From NCBI GenBank assembly GCA_028826165.1, contig JAPDFW010000063.1, forward strand, positions 744,001 to 808,000: 64,000 nt of DNA. Reading direction: 5' to 3'. A program made the translations under genes and the position numbers. The notes below the pieces were generated by a model, which was not told where the DNA came from, ran no database searches, and saw nothing but the letters and a program-made list of their open reading frames with translations. This document shows, piece after piece, positions 1 to 9,365 of the stretch. The stretch is from Anaeramoeba ignava BMAN. Its lineage: Eukaryota; Protista; Anaeramoebae. Numbering within the stretch: position 1 is the first letter of the stretch; every line of letters begins with the position of its first letter.

Positions 1-803
1 TATTTTGGGAGGAGTAAATTTAGAAAGAATTCCAGTAAATATAAGATTATTAAATTTAAAATTAAAAGAAATTTTCTCTTCTCTTTTTTTTATTATTCAA
101 ATTACTTTTTATTAATTTTTTTTAGCAAAAATTAATTGAAAATGAAAAACTTCAAAAAATCAAGAAAGAATTTTCAATTAATTATGAAAATATTCAGAAA
201 ATTTATACAGAAAGTATCTTAACAGATTTTACATTCCAAATGTTTGGAAAAGATTATAAAATTCATCGAATTTTTGCAGAAGCAAGAATTGAAGGAAAAA
301 AAGTAGAAGAAGCAATTGAATTTTTTCGAAACAAAAAATGTGAAGAATTAGAAAGTTTTCTATCATGGATTTATGGAGGATTTTTTGAAAGCAAAATGTT
401 TAACAGAATGAAGAAATTACTTGTTAAATTTGGAATAAATAAAATTGGAAGAAAAACTGGACCAGTTGGAGTTCAAACTGCAATAGAAAAATTATATAAA
501 GAAGAACCAACAAAAGATTTTACAATAATTTGTGAAAACAAACCAATTAAAGTTCATAAGTTTGTTTTGCTATTGAAGAGTGAGCTATATAGAGGAATGT
601 TTTTAAGTGTTAATGATGATTCTAATCAAGTTAATGATTATAGTGGAAAATGTTTTGAAACTGTTTCTACAATTATTCAATTTATTTATTTGGATTGTTT
701 TAAATCAAAATTATCAAAAAAAATTCGAAAGGAAATGGAAGATGCTTCAGATTATTATCAATTAATTGGATCAAGTTTTGATAATAAACTTACTTTTATT
801 TGA
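1..803 (+). CDS. Tandem BTB/POZ-domain protein, 5'-truncated by the window edge; probable intron 35-125, last exon 126-803
   Basis: The ORF frame stays open upstream to a TTTTAG acceptor at 125. It has two BTB-like units (TDFTFQMFGKDYKIHRIF; KDFTIICENKPIKVHKFVLLLKSELYRGMF). The C-terminus closely resembles that of the RCC1-BTB gene at 51945-55523 (GMFLSV..D.SNQVNDYS, DA.DYYQ). Confidence 0.8.
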
Positions 804-859
804 TTTATTTTGGAAATGAAAATGAAAATGAAAATGAAAATTAAAATGAATTAAAAAAA

Positions 860-2032
860 TTATTTCTTTTCTTTTTTCTCAAAAAAACATCTTTCATGAA
901 CAATTTTTGCTCCTGTTTTCTTATATTCTTCTTTTGATATTAATAATTCTCTGAATTTAGGAAGTGAAGCTAAAATAGATCCTCCAATCCAAACTGTATT
1001 AGCTCTTTGTGATAAAGCAATAACTTTAACTTCTGTATTAAGTGGTGCTAATTGAATAATTTCTTTTTCAATTCTCTCAACAATTCCTGGAAATAAACTC
1101 GAACCTCCTGATAAAACAATATTTCCAAAAAGTTCTTTTCTTAAATTTTCTTCACATTTCATAATTGAATTGTAAATTTTTTGATGAATTGGTGCTCCTG
1201 ATACAAAAAAACTTCCAAAAATATCAGGTGGAAGATAACTTTGAAATAATTCAGATGGTTCAAATAATGCTTCAACACATTTAAATCTTTCATTTCCTAA
1301 TTTAATAATTTTTCCATCTTTTAATTGATAATCAATTTCTTTTGAGTTTTTTAATTCTTCTTGAAAATCCAAAGCAACATAACATGCTTTCTTTTTAATA
1401 TCTTCAATAATTTCTCTTTCTTCAAATGTTTGAAAAGAAAATCCTTTTTGATTTATCATTTTCATTAAATAATCAGTTAAAACTCTTCCTGCTAAATTAG
1501 ATCTCATAATAGCTTCATTAATAGCATATCCTTCATTAAGTGGAACAAAAGAAGTTGTTTGATCACCAATTCCAACAGAAATTCCATTTAATCTTCCAGA
1601 AGCATAAAATGAAAGAACATCAGATAAAGAAATAAAAAAAGAAGGAATATCAAATTTTTCAAACATAATTTCAATCATTTTTTCTCTGTTTGGTTTTAAA
1701 TTAAAAGGAGCTTCAGTCATTAAAATAGGATATTCTTTTGGATCTACTTTTAAATCTTGTTCAAAAACATAATTCCATAATTTTTCCATTTGATCCCAAT
1801 TTGTTATTATTCCATTTTGAATTGGATATTCAATTTTCAAAAATTCTCTTTTTGATTGGACTTCATTTCCAATATAAAAATCTTTTAATTCCAATTCATC
1901 TTTTTTTGTTTCATCTTTTGGTTTTCCTATTATTGAAGGAAAAATTGATTTTGATGTATCATCTCCACTAAATCCAGCTCTTATTGTTGAAGAACCATTA
2001 TCAATAACAATTACTTTTGATTGAGTTTGCAT
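860..2032 (-). CDS. Divergent actin-like protein, intronless, 390 aa
   Basis: Actin motifs VIDNGS, FPSIIG, YPIQNG, TEAP, LAGRVLTDYLMK, GNERFKCVEALF, NIVLSGGS and VWIGGSILASL. Confidence 0.93.
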   Translation of the reverse strand: MQTQSKVIVIDNGSSTIRAGFSGDDTSKSIFPSIIGKPKDETKKDELELKDFYIGNEVQSKREFLKIEYPIQNGIITNWDQMEKLWNYVFEQDLKVDPKEYPILMTEAPFNLKPNREKMIEIMFEKFDIPSFFISLSDVLSFYASGRLNGISVGIGDQTTSFVPLNEGYAINEAIMRSNLAGRVLTDYLMKMINQKGFSFQTFEEREIIEDIKKKACYVALDFQEELKNSKEIDYQLKDGKIIKLGNERFKCVEALFEPSELFQSYLPPDIFGSFFVSGAPIHQKIYNSIMKCEENLRKELFGNIVLSGGSSLFPGIVERIEKEIIQLAPLNTEVKVIALSQRANTVWIGGSILASLPKFRELLISKEEYKKTGAKIVHERCFFEKKEKK

Positions 2033-2199
2033 TTCTTATTAATTAATCCAAAATGAAAAAAATGAAAAATGAAAAATGAAAAAAAAAAAGCAAAAAATTT
2101 CTTTTTAAAAAAAAGAGAATAATCTTAAAATTTTGAAATTAAAATTAATAAGAAAAATTTTGGAAATTTTTTTGGATTTAAAAATAATTATTTTTTGAT

Positions 2200-3250
2200 A
2201 AAATGATTTCTTTGATTTTTATTTAACCTTATTTAATCTTATTTTGAATTATTTTGAATTGTTTTAAAAATTTGGATAAAATAATTTTGATTTGATTTCT
2301 TTATTTAATCTTATTTTGAATTATTTTGAATTATTTTGAAAATTTGGATAAATGATTTTAATTTGATTTCTTTATTTAATCTTATTTAATCTTATTTAAT
2401 CTTATTTTGGATTATTTTGAATTATTTTGAATTATTTTAAAAATTTTGGATAAAATGATTTTAATTTGATTTCCTTATTTAATCTTATTTTAAATTATTT
2501 TAAATTATTTTGGATTATTTTAAATTATTTTAAATTGTTTTAAAAAATTTGGATAAAAAATTTTTTGATTTATTTTTTGAATTATTTTAAAAATTTTGGA
2601 TTATTTTAAAATTTTGGATAAATGATTTTGATTTGATTTCATTATTTAATCTTATTTAATCTTATTTAATCTTATTTAGAATTGTTTTAAAAATTTGGAT
2701 AAAATAATTTTTAATTATTTTAAATTATTTTAAAAATTTGGATAAAATAATTTTGATTTGATTTCTTTATTTAATCTTATTTTGAATTATTTTGAATTAT
2801 TTTAAAAATTTTGGATAAAATGTGATTTTATTTAATCTTATTTTGATTTGGATTATTTTAAATTGTTTTAAAAATTAATTTTTTTAATCTTATTTAATCT
2901 TATTTTGAATTATTTTAAAAATTTGGATAAAATAATTTTGATTTGATTTCTTTATTTAATCTTATTTAATCTTATTTTGAATTGTTTTGAATTATTTAAT
3001 CTTATTTTAAATTGTTTTAAAAAATTTGGATAAAATAATTTTGATTTGATTTCTTTATTTAATCTTATTTAATCTTATTTTGAATTATTTTGGATTATTT
3101 TAAATTGTTTTAAAAATTTTGGATAAAATAATTTTGATTTGATTTCTTTATTTAATCTTATTTAATCTTATTTAATCTTATTTGAATTATTTTTTGAATT
3201 ATTTTAAATTGTTTTAAATTGTTTTAAATTGTTTTGAATTGTTTCAAAAT
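2200..3250. repeat. Complex AT-rich intergenic satellite
   Basis: Recurring modules TTATTTAATC, ATTTTGAATT and AAATTTGGATAAAATAATTTTGATTTGATTTC in variable order. Confidence 0.85.
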
Positions 3251-3257
3251 TTTGAAA

Positions 3258-4451
3258 TTATTTCTTCTTTTTTGGATCTTGTAAACTGCATTTTTTGTGA
3301 ATAATTGAAAAACCAGACTCTTCATATTCTTTTTTAGAAATCATCATATTTTTAAAAGAAGAAAGTGAAGCTAAAATAGATCCTCCAATCCAAACTGAAT
3401 ATTTTCTTTCAGGAGGAGCAATAATATTAACAACTGTTTTAGAAGGAGCTAATTGAACAATCTCCTTTTCAATTCTCTCAGCAATACCTGGAAACATAGT
3501 TGAACCTCCTGATAAAACAATATTTCCAAAAAGATCATTTCTCAACTTTTCTTCACATTTCATGATTGAATTAAAAGCAAATTTATGGATTCCTTCACCA
3601 TTGAACCGCATCATAGCAAAAGGTGAAGTAATAGGTGGAGGTTGCATCCCCATTCCGAAAATCAAATCAGGTTGAAATAAGGCTTCAGCAGTTTTGACTC
3701 TTTCTTCTTGTAAAATAACTACTTTTCCATTATCTAATTTATAGGATTTTTTTAACGAAGATTTTTCTAACTCTTTTTCAAAATCTAAAGCAACATAACA
3801 CATCTTCTCCTTCATTTCTCTCACCATTTCTTTTTGAACACCTGAACTCACAAATGGATATCCTTTTTCATTCAACATTTTCATCAAATACTCAGTTAGA
3901 TCTCTTCCTCCAAATTCCATTCTTACTATTCCCCTTTCAATAGGAAATCCTCCATAAAACGGAACAAAAGATGTTGATTGATCACCAATATCAAGAACAA
4001 ATCCTGTTGTTTTTCCTGCTTCATATAAAGCCAAAATTGCCAAATTACAACTGTAAAAATTTGGAACATTGAATTTTTCAAACATAATTTGTGCTGTTTT
4101 TTCTCGATTATATCTTGCATTGCTTGGAACTTCTGTTATCAAAATATCATTATTTTTTGGATCAACTTTTAATTCATTTTCAAAAATATGATTCCATATC
4201 TTTTCCATATCATCCCAGTTTTTCATCACTCCATTTTGAATTGGATATTCAATTTTCAAAGATTCCATTTTGGATTGAGCTTCATCTCCAATATAAAAAC
4301 TTTTTTGGTTTCTTCCAAAAACCATTCCTGTTGGTTTTCCGATTATTGAAGGAAAAGCTACTCTTGGTGCATCTTCTCCTGCAATTCCTGCTTTAATCAT
4401 TCCTGAACCGTTATCAATCACAATTTTTTGGTTATCTTTTAACTGATTCAT
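3258..4451 (-). CDS. Second divergent actin-like protein (MNQLKDNQK..., about 397 aa); the 3' part of the 619-aa ORF in the track
   Basis: Complete actin fold from IVIDNGSGMIKAG to APPERKYSVWIGGSILASL. It has its own ATG at 4451, with a TCATTT motif about 40 bp upstream. Confidence 0.9.
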   Translation of the reverse strand: MNQLKDNQKIVIDNGSGMIKAGIAGEDAPRVAFPSIIGKPTGMVFGRNQKSFYIGDEAQSKMESLKIEYPIQNGVMKNWDDMEKIWNHIFENELKVDPKNNDILITEVPSNARYNREKTAQIMFEKFNVPNFYSCNLAILALYEAGKTTGFVLDIGDQSTSFVPFYGGFPIERGIVRMEFGGRDLTEYLMKMLNEKGYPFVSSGVQKEMVREMKEKMCYVALDFEKELEKSSLKKSYKLDNGKVVILQEERVKTAEALFQPDLIFGMGMQPPPITSPFAMMRFNGEGIHKFAFNSIMKCEEKLRNDLFGNIVLSGGSTMFPGIAERIEKEIVQLAPSKTVVNIIAPPERKYSVWIGGSILASLSSFKNMMISKKEYEESGFSIIHKKCSLQDPKKKK

Positions 4452-4521
4452 TGAATTTTGAAAAATGTTCAATTCACTTTCAAAATAAAAAATGAAAAAA
4501 ATTTTTTTAAAATTCAAATCT

Positions 4522-5490
4522 TCAAAAAAAAAACATCTTTCATGAACAATTTTTGCTCCTGTTTTCTTATATTCTTCTTTTGATATTAATAATTCTCTGA
4601 ATTTAGGAAGTGAAGCTAAAATAGATCCTCCAATCCAAACTGTATTAGCTCTTTGTGATAAAACAATATTTCCAAAAAGTTCTTTTCTTAAATTTTCTTC
4701 ACATTTCATAATTGAATTGTAAATTTTTTGATGAATTGGTGCTCCTGATACAAAAAAACTTCCAAAAATATCAGGTGGAAGATAACTTTGAAATAATTCA
4801 GATGGTTCAAATAATGCTTCAACACATTTAAATCTTTCATTTCCTAATTTAATAATTTTTCCATCTTTTAATTGATAATCAGTTTCTTTTGAGTTTTTTA
4901 ATTCTTCTTGAAAATCCAAAGAAACATAACATGCTTTCTTTTTAATATCTTCAATAATTTCTCTTTCTTCAAATGTTTGAAAAGAAAATCCTTTTTGATT
5001 TATCATTTTCATTAAATAATCAGTTAAAACTCTTCCTGATAAATTAGATCTCATAATAGCTTCATTAATAGCATATCCTTCATTAAGTGGAACAACAAAT
5101 TTCAACAGAAATTCCATTTAATCTTCCAGAAGCATAAAATGAAAGAACATCAGATAAAGAAACAAAGAAAGAAGGAACATCAAATTTTTCAAACATAATT
5201 TCAATCATTTTTTCTCTGTTTGGTTTTAAATTAAAATAGGATATTCTTTTGGATTTACTTTTAAATCTTGTTCAAAAAAATAATTCCATAATTTTTCCAT
5301 TTGATCCCAATTTTCCAATATAAAAATCTTTTAATTTCAATTCATCTTTTTTTGTTTCATCTTTTTTTGTTTCATCTTTTGGTTTTCCTATTATTGAAGG
5401 AAAAATTGATTTTGATGTATCATCTCCACTAAATCCAGCTCTTATTGTTGAAGAACCATTATCAATAATTATTAATTATTCAAAATGAAA
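4522..5490 (-). pseudogene. Decayed duplicate of the 860-2032 actin-like gene
   Basis: Near-identical to about 879-2060, but the start-codon region is deleted. It also has several internal deletions (some frameshifting), a 15-bp tandem duplication and no stop codon. Confidence 0.88.
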
Positions 5491-5566
5491 AAATTCCAAT
5501 AAATTTTATTTTAGTTTTATTTAAATTTTATTTTAGTTTTATTTATAGATTGCTTTCTTCTTTTAA

Positions 5567-8500
5567 TTAGTTAAAAGAACAAAATTTATAAACTTCTTTA
5601 ATCTTATTAGTAATCCAAATACCACGATAATTTGAAGTAATTTCATCTTGAAATTTAAAAGGTTCTTTTGAATAAATTAAATAGGGAACAACTTTACGAA
5701 TTTTCTCATTAAGAAAAGAAGCAATGTGAGAAGCAGAAAAAGAATCAGAAACAATTCTTGTTGTAAACCCATTGCACATAACTTCTTTGGAAATCATTTT
5801 GGAAATGATCTCTTTTGTTGCCTTCAAATTGATATTTGATTTAATTTCCAAATTTCTTGAAACAGGAGCAACAATTATATTTGAGAAACTTGATTTCTTT
5901 TTGATTTTTGAGATGATTTCTTGTGGTAAACCGATGAGAAGAACTGATCTTTCCTTTTCGGATTCAAAAGTTTTTTGGAAAAGTGTTTGGAATTGAGGGA
6001 AAGTTAAGCTCTCGGCATATTGCAGAGCAAGATTTGAGATTGCGGAAAGAGTAGTTGAAATTGTTCCAAGTTTTGGATGAGATTGAGTTGCAAGACAATT
6101 ATCAACGCTTTTGCTGAGTTCCGAGAAAAGATCGATGAACTGGAGACGAGAAAAAAGACCTCCTGTTGATTTTGCAGGAAATTGCAAACTCAAAATAATA
6201 GATAGTCTTCCCCATATATTCAATTTATCAATTTTCTTTATTTGAAGACAAGATTTACGAATTTTCTCAAAAATTTGGGATGATTTTGAAAAAAAGGAAT
6301 CTGAATCAAGAACATCCAATTTCGAATCTCTTTTCATCTGGGCGAATAAGTTTGCAATCCGATCAAAGGATGTGGCCCAAATGTTTTTGTAATTCTTGGA
6401 GGCAATAAAGGTGTAGGCAGTTTCGACTCTTCTGCAGTAAATAAGAATGGGGATATCAAGCTTTAAATGGTCTCTCACAAAAGGAACAATTTTAAGTGAT
6501 GTTTTATTTGTGCATATGATGCGTATGTAAAGAGGCTCGCGAGAAAGAAAGGAGTCCTGGAAGGAGTCGAGATCATCTGGGGAAAGTGAGTAATGAATGG
6601 CAATTTGTGAGCCAAGAGATTTAGTGACTGAGTTTACGATTGATAAATTTTGATCATTTTGATCGAACCAAAAAATTTCGAATTTGGGACTTTCTGATTG
6701 TATTTGGATTTCTTCAGATTTTTCGATGGGAGAGGCTATTTTCTTGGGTGTGGTAATAGGAGATACTTCCCATGTGATGTTGTAAAGCTCGACAAAATGG
6801 TAGATGTTCATTTGGAGTTGGAATTGGAGGAGATTGAGAAGAAGAGTTCGAGGATGATCAATGATTCCCTTTGAAATTTGTTGGAAAATATCGAAAAGAA
6901 GATTATATTTTGGCAGGTTTTCTGGAACTTTATTTTCGGAAAGTTCCAGTATATCAAGAAGCACAGGTATTCTGTTTAAAAGAGGATTCTCTCTGTTGGA
7001 GTCTTTCGATTCAAGGGTGTTTTGAATTGAGGAGATGATTTCTTGGAAAGAAAAATTTCTCGTATTAACAGAAACTTTTTGAGCTGAATATCCGTCGTTT
7101 GTGCGGGAAGATTCAATAGGAGCGGTTGATATTTGGAGATTGGAAGGGTTTTTTGGAGCAGATTTTTGTTGGTGGATAATTTTGACGAAATTATTTTTTT
7201 GAAGTTGTTTTGCTAGTTCAAATACAGAAAGATCAAGTGAATTTTTAAGATTGAAAAAATCAACACTCAATTTTTGGAGAACAAGGAAACAATCAAGAGA
7301 ATCAAAACGGACACAGAGATGGGCAGGGGAATCACCGTTTGCGTCTTGGATTGCGAAGTCTGCGCCGTAGTTAACCAAAACTGAAAGAATTTTTGGATCA
7401 TTGTGGATGACAGCAAGATGACAAGCAGTCGCATCTCCATTGTTTTTGAGGTTAACTGAGGAACCGTGTTCGAGTAGAAAGGTTGCTACATCACTGTGTC
7501 CTCCACGCGCCGCCAGATGGAGAGGGGATGTGCGGAAACGGGTGAGAATATCAATATGGGCGCCTTTTGAGAGGAGTAATTGGATAATTTTGAGATGACC
7601 GTATTTGGCTGCATAATGAAGAGCAGTCCATCCAGCCTTTGTGGTCTTATTCACAGATGCGCCTAACTCAATTAATCTCAGACTCAAATCGGTCCAGCCG
7701 TTGCGAGAGGCGATGTGCAGTGGAGTCTCTCCATGCTTCGTCTCTGTATCAACAACTGAACCCTCACATTTTGAGAAGAGCAAAGAAAAAATCTCCACAT
7801 CCCCCTTTTCGGATGCGAAGTGAAGGGCAGACCAGCCATTGTAGTTCTTGTGTTCGATATATTCTCTGATACTGTGTTTTTTAAATAGAAAATTCTCGTT
7901 TTCCACTTTGTTTTCTTTGTCTTGCATTTGTTTTCCTCTGTTTGCATCGCCTTCACTCCATTTGGCACTTGGATTATGATGCGATTCCTCGTTTTTTGTT
8001 GTTCTGTTGCTTTGTTCTCGTTCTTGATTTGTTATTTTGCGGAAGGTCTCATCTTTTGTAAGAAAACCAAGTAATTTTTTAATTGAAGAAAAATTTCCGT
8101 TTTTAATAAAATGCACAATCAAAAAGTTTCCGAACAGATCCAGTTTAAAAAGAGAGCTAAAATCCTGCTCAAGCAGCAAAAGGAAGCAATCGAAGGAGTT
8201 GTGTTGAGCAGCGATATGAATTGGTTTGAGACCTTCCCTTGTGATTAAATTGATGTTTGCATGATGCCAAAGGAGGAAACGTGAGCAAAATGGATGGTTG
8301 TATTTAACTGTATAATGGAGAGGAGTAAGTCTTGCGCTGTCAAAACAATTAACATTTGCGTTGTATGTTAAGATTAGTAAATTAATGCCCTTCAAAAACC
8401 CAGCCTGACAGGCAAGATGAAGGGGTGATAACTGTTTGCCATCATTTGTTTTTTGATTAAAATCTGCTCCTTTATTAAGTAATTGATAAAGAATATAATG

Positions 8501-9121
8501 GTGTTTATAAAAGCAGGCATAATGGATCCCAGACCATCCGCGACCATCTCTTTTCTTCACAATATTCGGATGCGTTTTTAATATCTCTTCCACCCATTTT
8601 ATGCTTCCTAATTGGATGCACAGTGTAAAACAATTATGTCCTTCTTGATCTTCGAAATTTTTATTAATAAAATATTCAATGATTTCTTTGTGTCCCTTTT
8701 TTATCGCCATATGAAGCGCTGTTTCTTGGAAGCGGTTAGTTTTCTTTGTGCTGAATCCGTAGCGAATCAGTTTCTTGACACAACCTAATTTTCCGTTTAA
8801 CGAACTTAAATGAAGACAATTATTTCCAAATGTTGTTTCAACTTCGAAATTTTTCATTTTGTTTTTTTTTAGAAAACGAAGAATTGATGCTCCTCCTTGT
8901 TGCGCTGCAAAAAGAACCAAAGTATAGTTTTGCTCGATTTCTTCGTTTCCATTTTCGTCTATTTGATACTGAAATGGTTTTGTTAATGGGGAAAATTGTG
9001 TTATTTGTTGTATTTCTTTATCAATGATTAAATCTAAATTTAATGTTTGTTTGGTTTTTTGGAAGTTATTTTGAAATGATTCAAAATCGTGTTTATAGAT
9101 TGATATGAGTAAATTTTGCAT
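5567..9121 (-). CDS. Ankyrin-repeat protein, 1184 aa, with a C-terminal region holding two putative receiver-like alpha/beta domains
   Basis: Many TALH/TPLH/SPLH ankyrin repeats in the first 650 aa or so; single long ORF. Confidence 0.9.
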   Translation of the reverse strand: MQNLLISIYKHDFESFQNNFQKTKQTLNLDLIIDKEIQQITQFSPLTKPFQYQIDENGNEEIEQNYTLVLFAAQQGGASILRFLKKNKMKNFEVETTFGNNCLHLSSLNGKLGCVKKLIRYGFSTKKTNRFQETALHMAIKKGHKEIIEYFINKNFEDQEGHNCFTLCIQLGSIKWVEEILKTHPNIVKKRDGRGWSGIHYACFYKHHYILYQLLNKGADFNQKTNDGKQLSPLHLACQAGFLKGINLLILTYNANVNCFDSARLTPLHYTVKYNHPFCSRFLLWHHANINLITREGLKPIHIAAQHNSFDCFLLLLEQDFSSLFKLDLFGNFLIVHFIKNGNFSSIKKLLGFLTKDETFRKITNQEREQSNRTTKNEESHHNPSAKWSEGDANRGKQMQDKENKVENENFLFKKHSIREYIEHKNYNGWSALHFASEKGDVEIFSLLFSKCEGSVVDTETKHGETPLHIASRNGWTDLSLRLIELGASVNKTTKAGWTALHYAAKYGHLKIIQLLLSKGAHIDILTRFRTSPLHLAARGGHSDVATFLLEHGSSVNLKNNGDATACHLAVIHNDPKILSVLVNYGADFAIQDANGDSPAHLCVRFDSLDCFLVLQKLSVDFFNLKNSLDLSVFELAKQLQKNNFVKIIHQQKSAPKNPSNLQISTAPIESSRTNDGYSAQKVSVNTRNFSFQEIISSIQNTLESKDSNRENPLLNRIPVLLDILELSENKVPENLPKYNLLFDIFQQISKGIIDHPRTLLLNLLQFQLQMNIYHFVELYNITWEVSPITTPKKIASPIEKSEEIQIQSESPKFEIFWFDQNDQNLSIVNSVTKSLGSQIAIHYSLSPDDLDSFQDSFLSREPLYIRIICTNKTSLKIVPFVRDHLKLDIPILIYCRRVETAYTFIASKNYKNIWATSFDRIANLFAQMKRDSKLDVLDSDSFFSKSSQIFEKIRKSCLQIKKIDKLNIWGRLSIILSLQFPAKSTGGLFSRLQFIDLFSELSKSVDNCLATQSHPKLGTISTTLSAISNLALQYAESLTFPQFQTLFQKTFESEKERSVLLIGLPQEIISKIKKKSSFSNIIVAPVSRNLEIKSNINLKATKEIISKMISKEVMCNGFTTRIVSDSFSASHIASFLNEKIRKVVPYLIYSKEPFKFQDEITSNYRGIWITNKIKEVYKFCSFN

Positions 9122-9129
9122 TTAGAAAA

Positions 9130-9213
9130 AAAATGAATGAAAAATGAAAAATGAAAAATGAAAAATGAAAAATGAAAAATGAAAAATGAAAAATGAAAAA
9201 TGAAAAATGAAAA
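9130..9213 (-). promoter_or_regulatory. Tandem (TTTTTCA)n initiator-like array immediately upstream of the ankyrin ATG
   Basis: About 11 copies of AAAAATG on the + strand. The same TCATTT motif precedes most ATGs in the window, on the sense strand. Confidence 0.55.
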
Positions 9214-9365
9214 AGTGGAACAAAATTATTTTTTATTTTTTTATTTATTTTTTATTTTTGGAAATGTTTTATTTATTACTTCTTTTAGAAGTAAAAAAAA
9301 AAAAAAACAAAAAGAAGAAGAAAATTGAAAAAAAAAAAGGGAAAAAAAAATGAAACAATTCTTTC

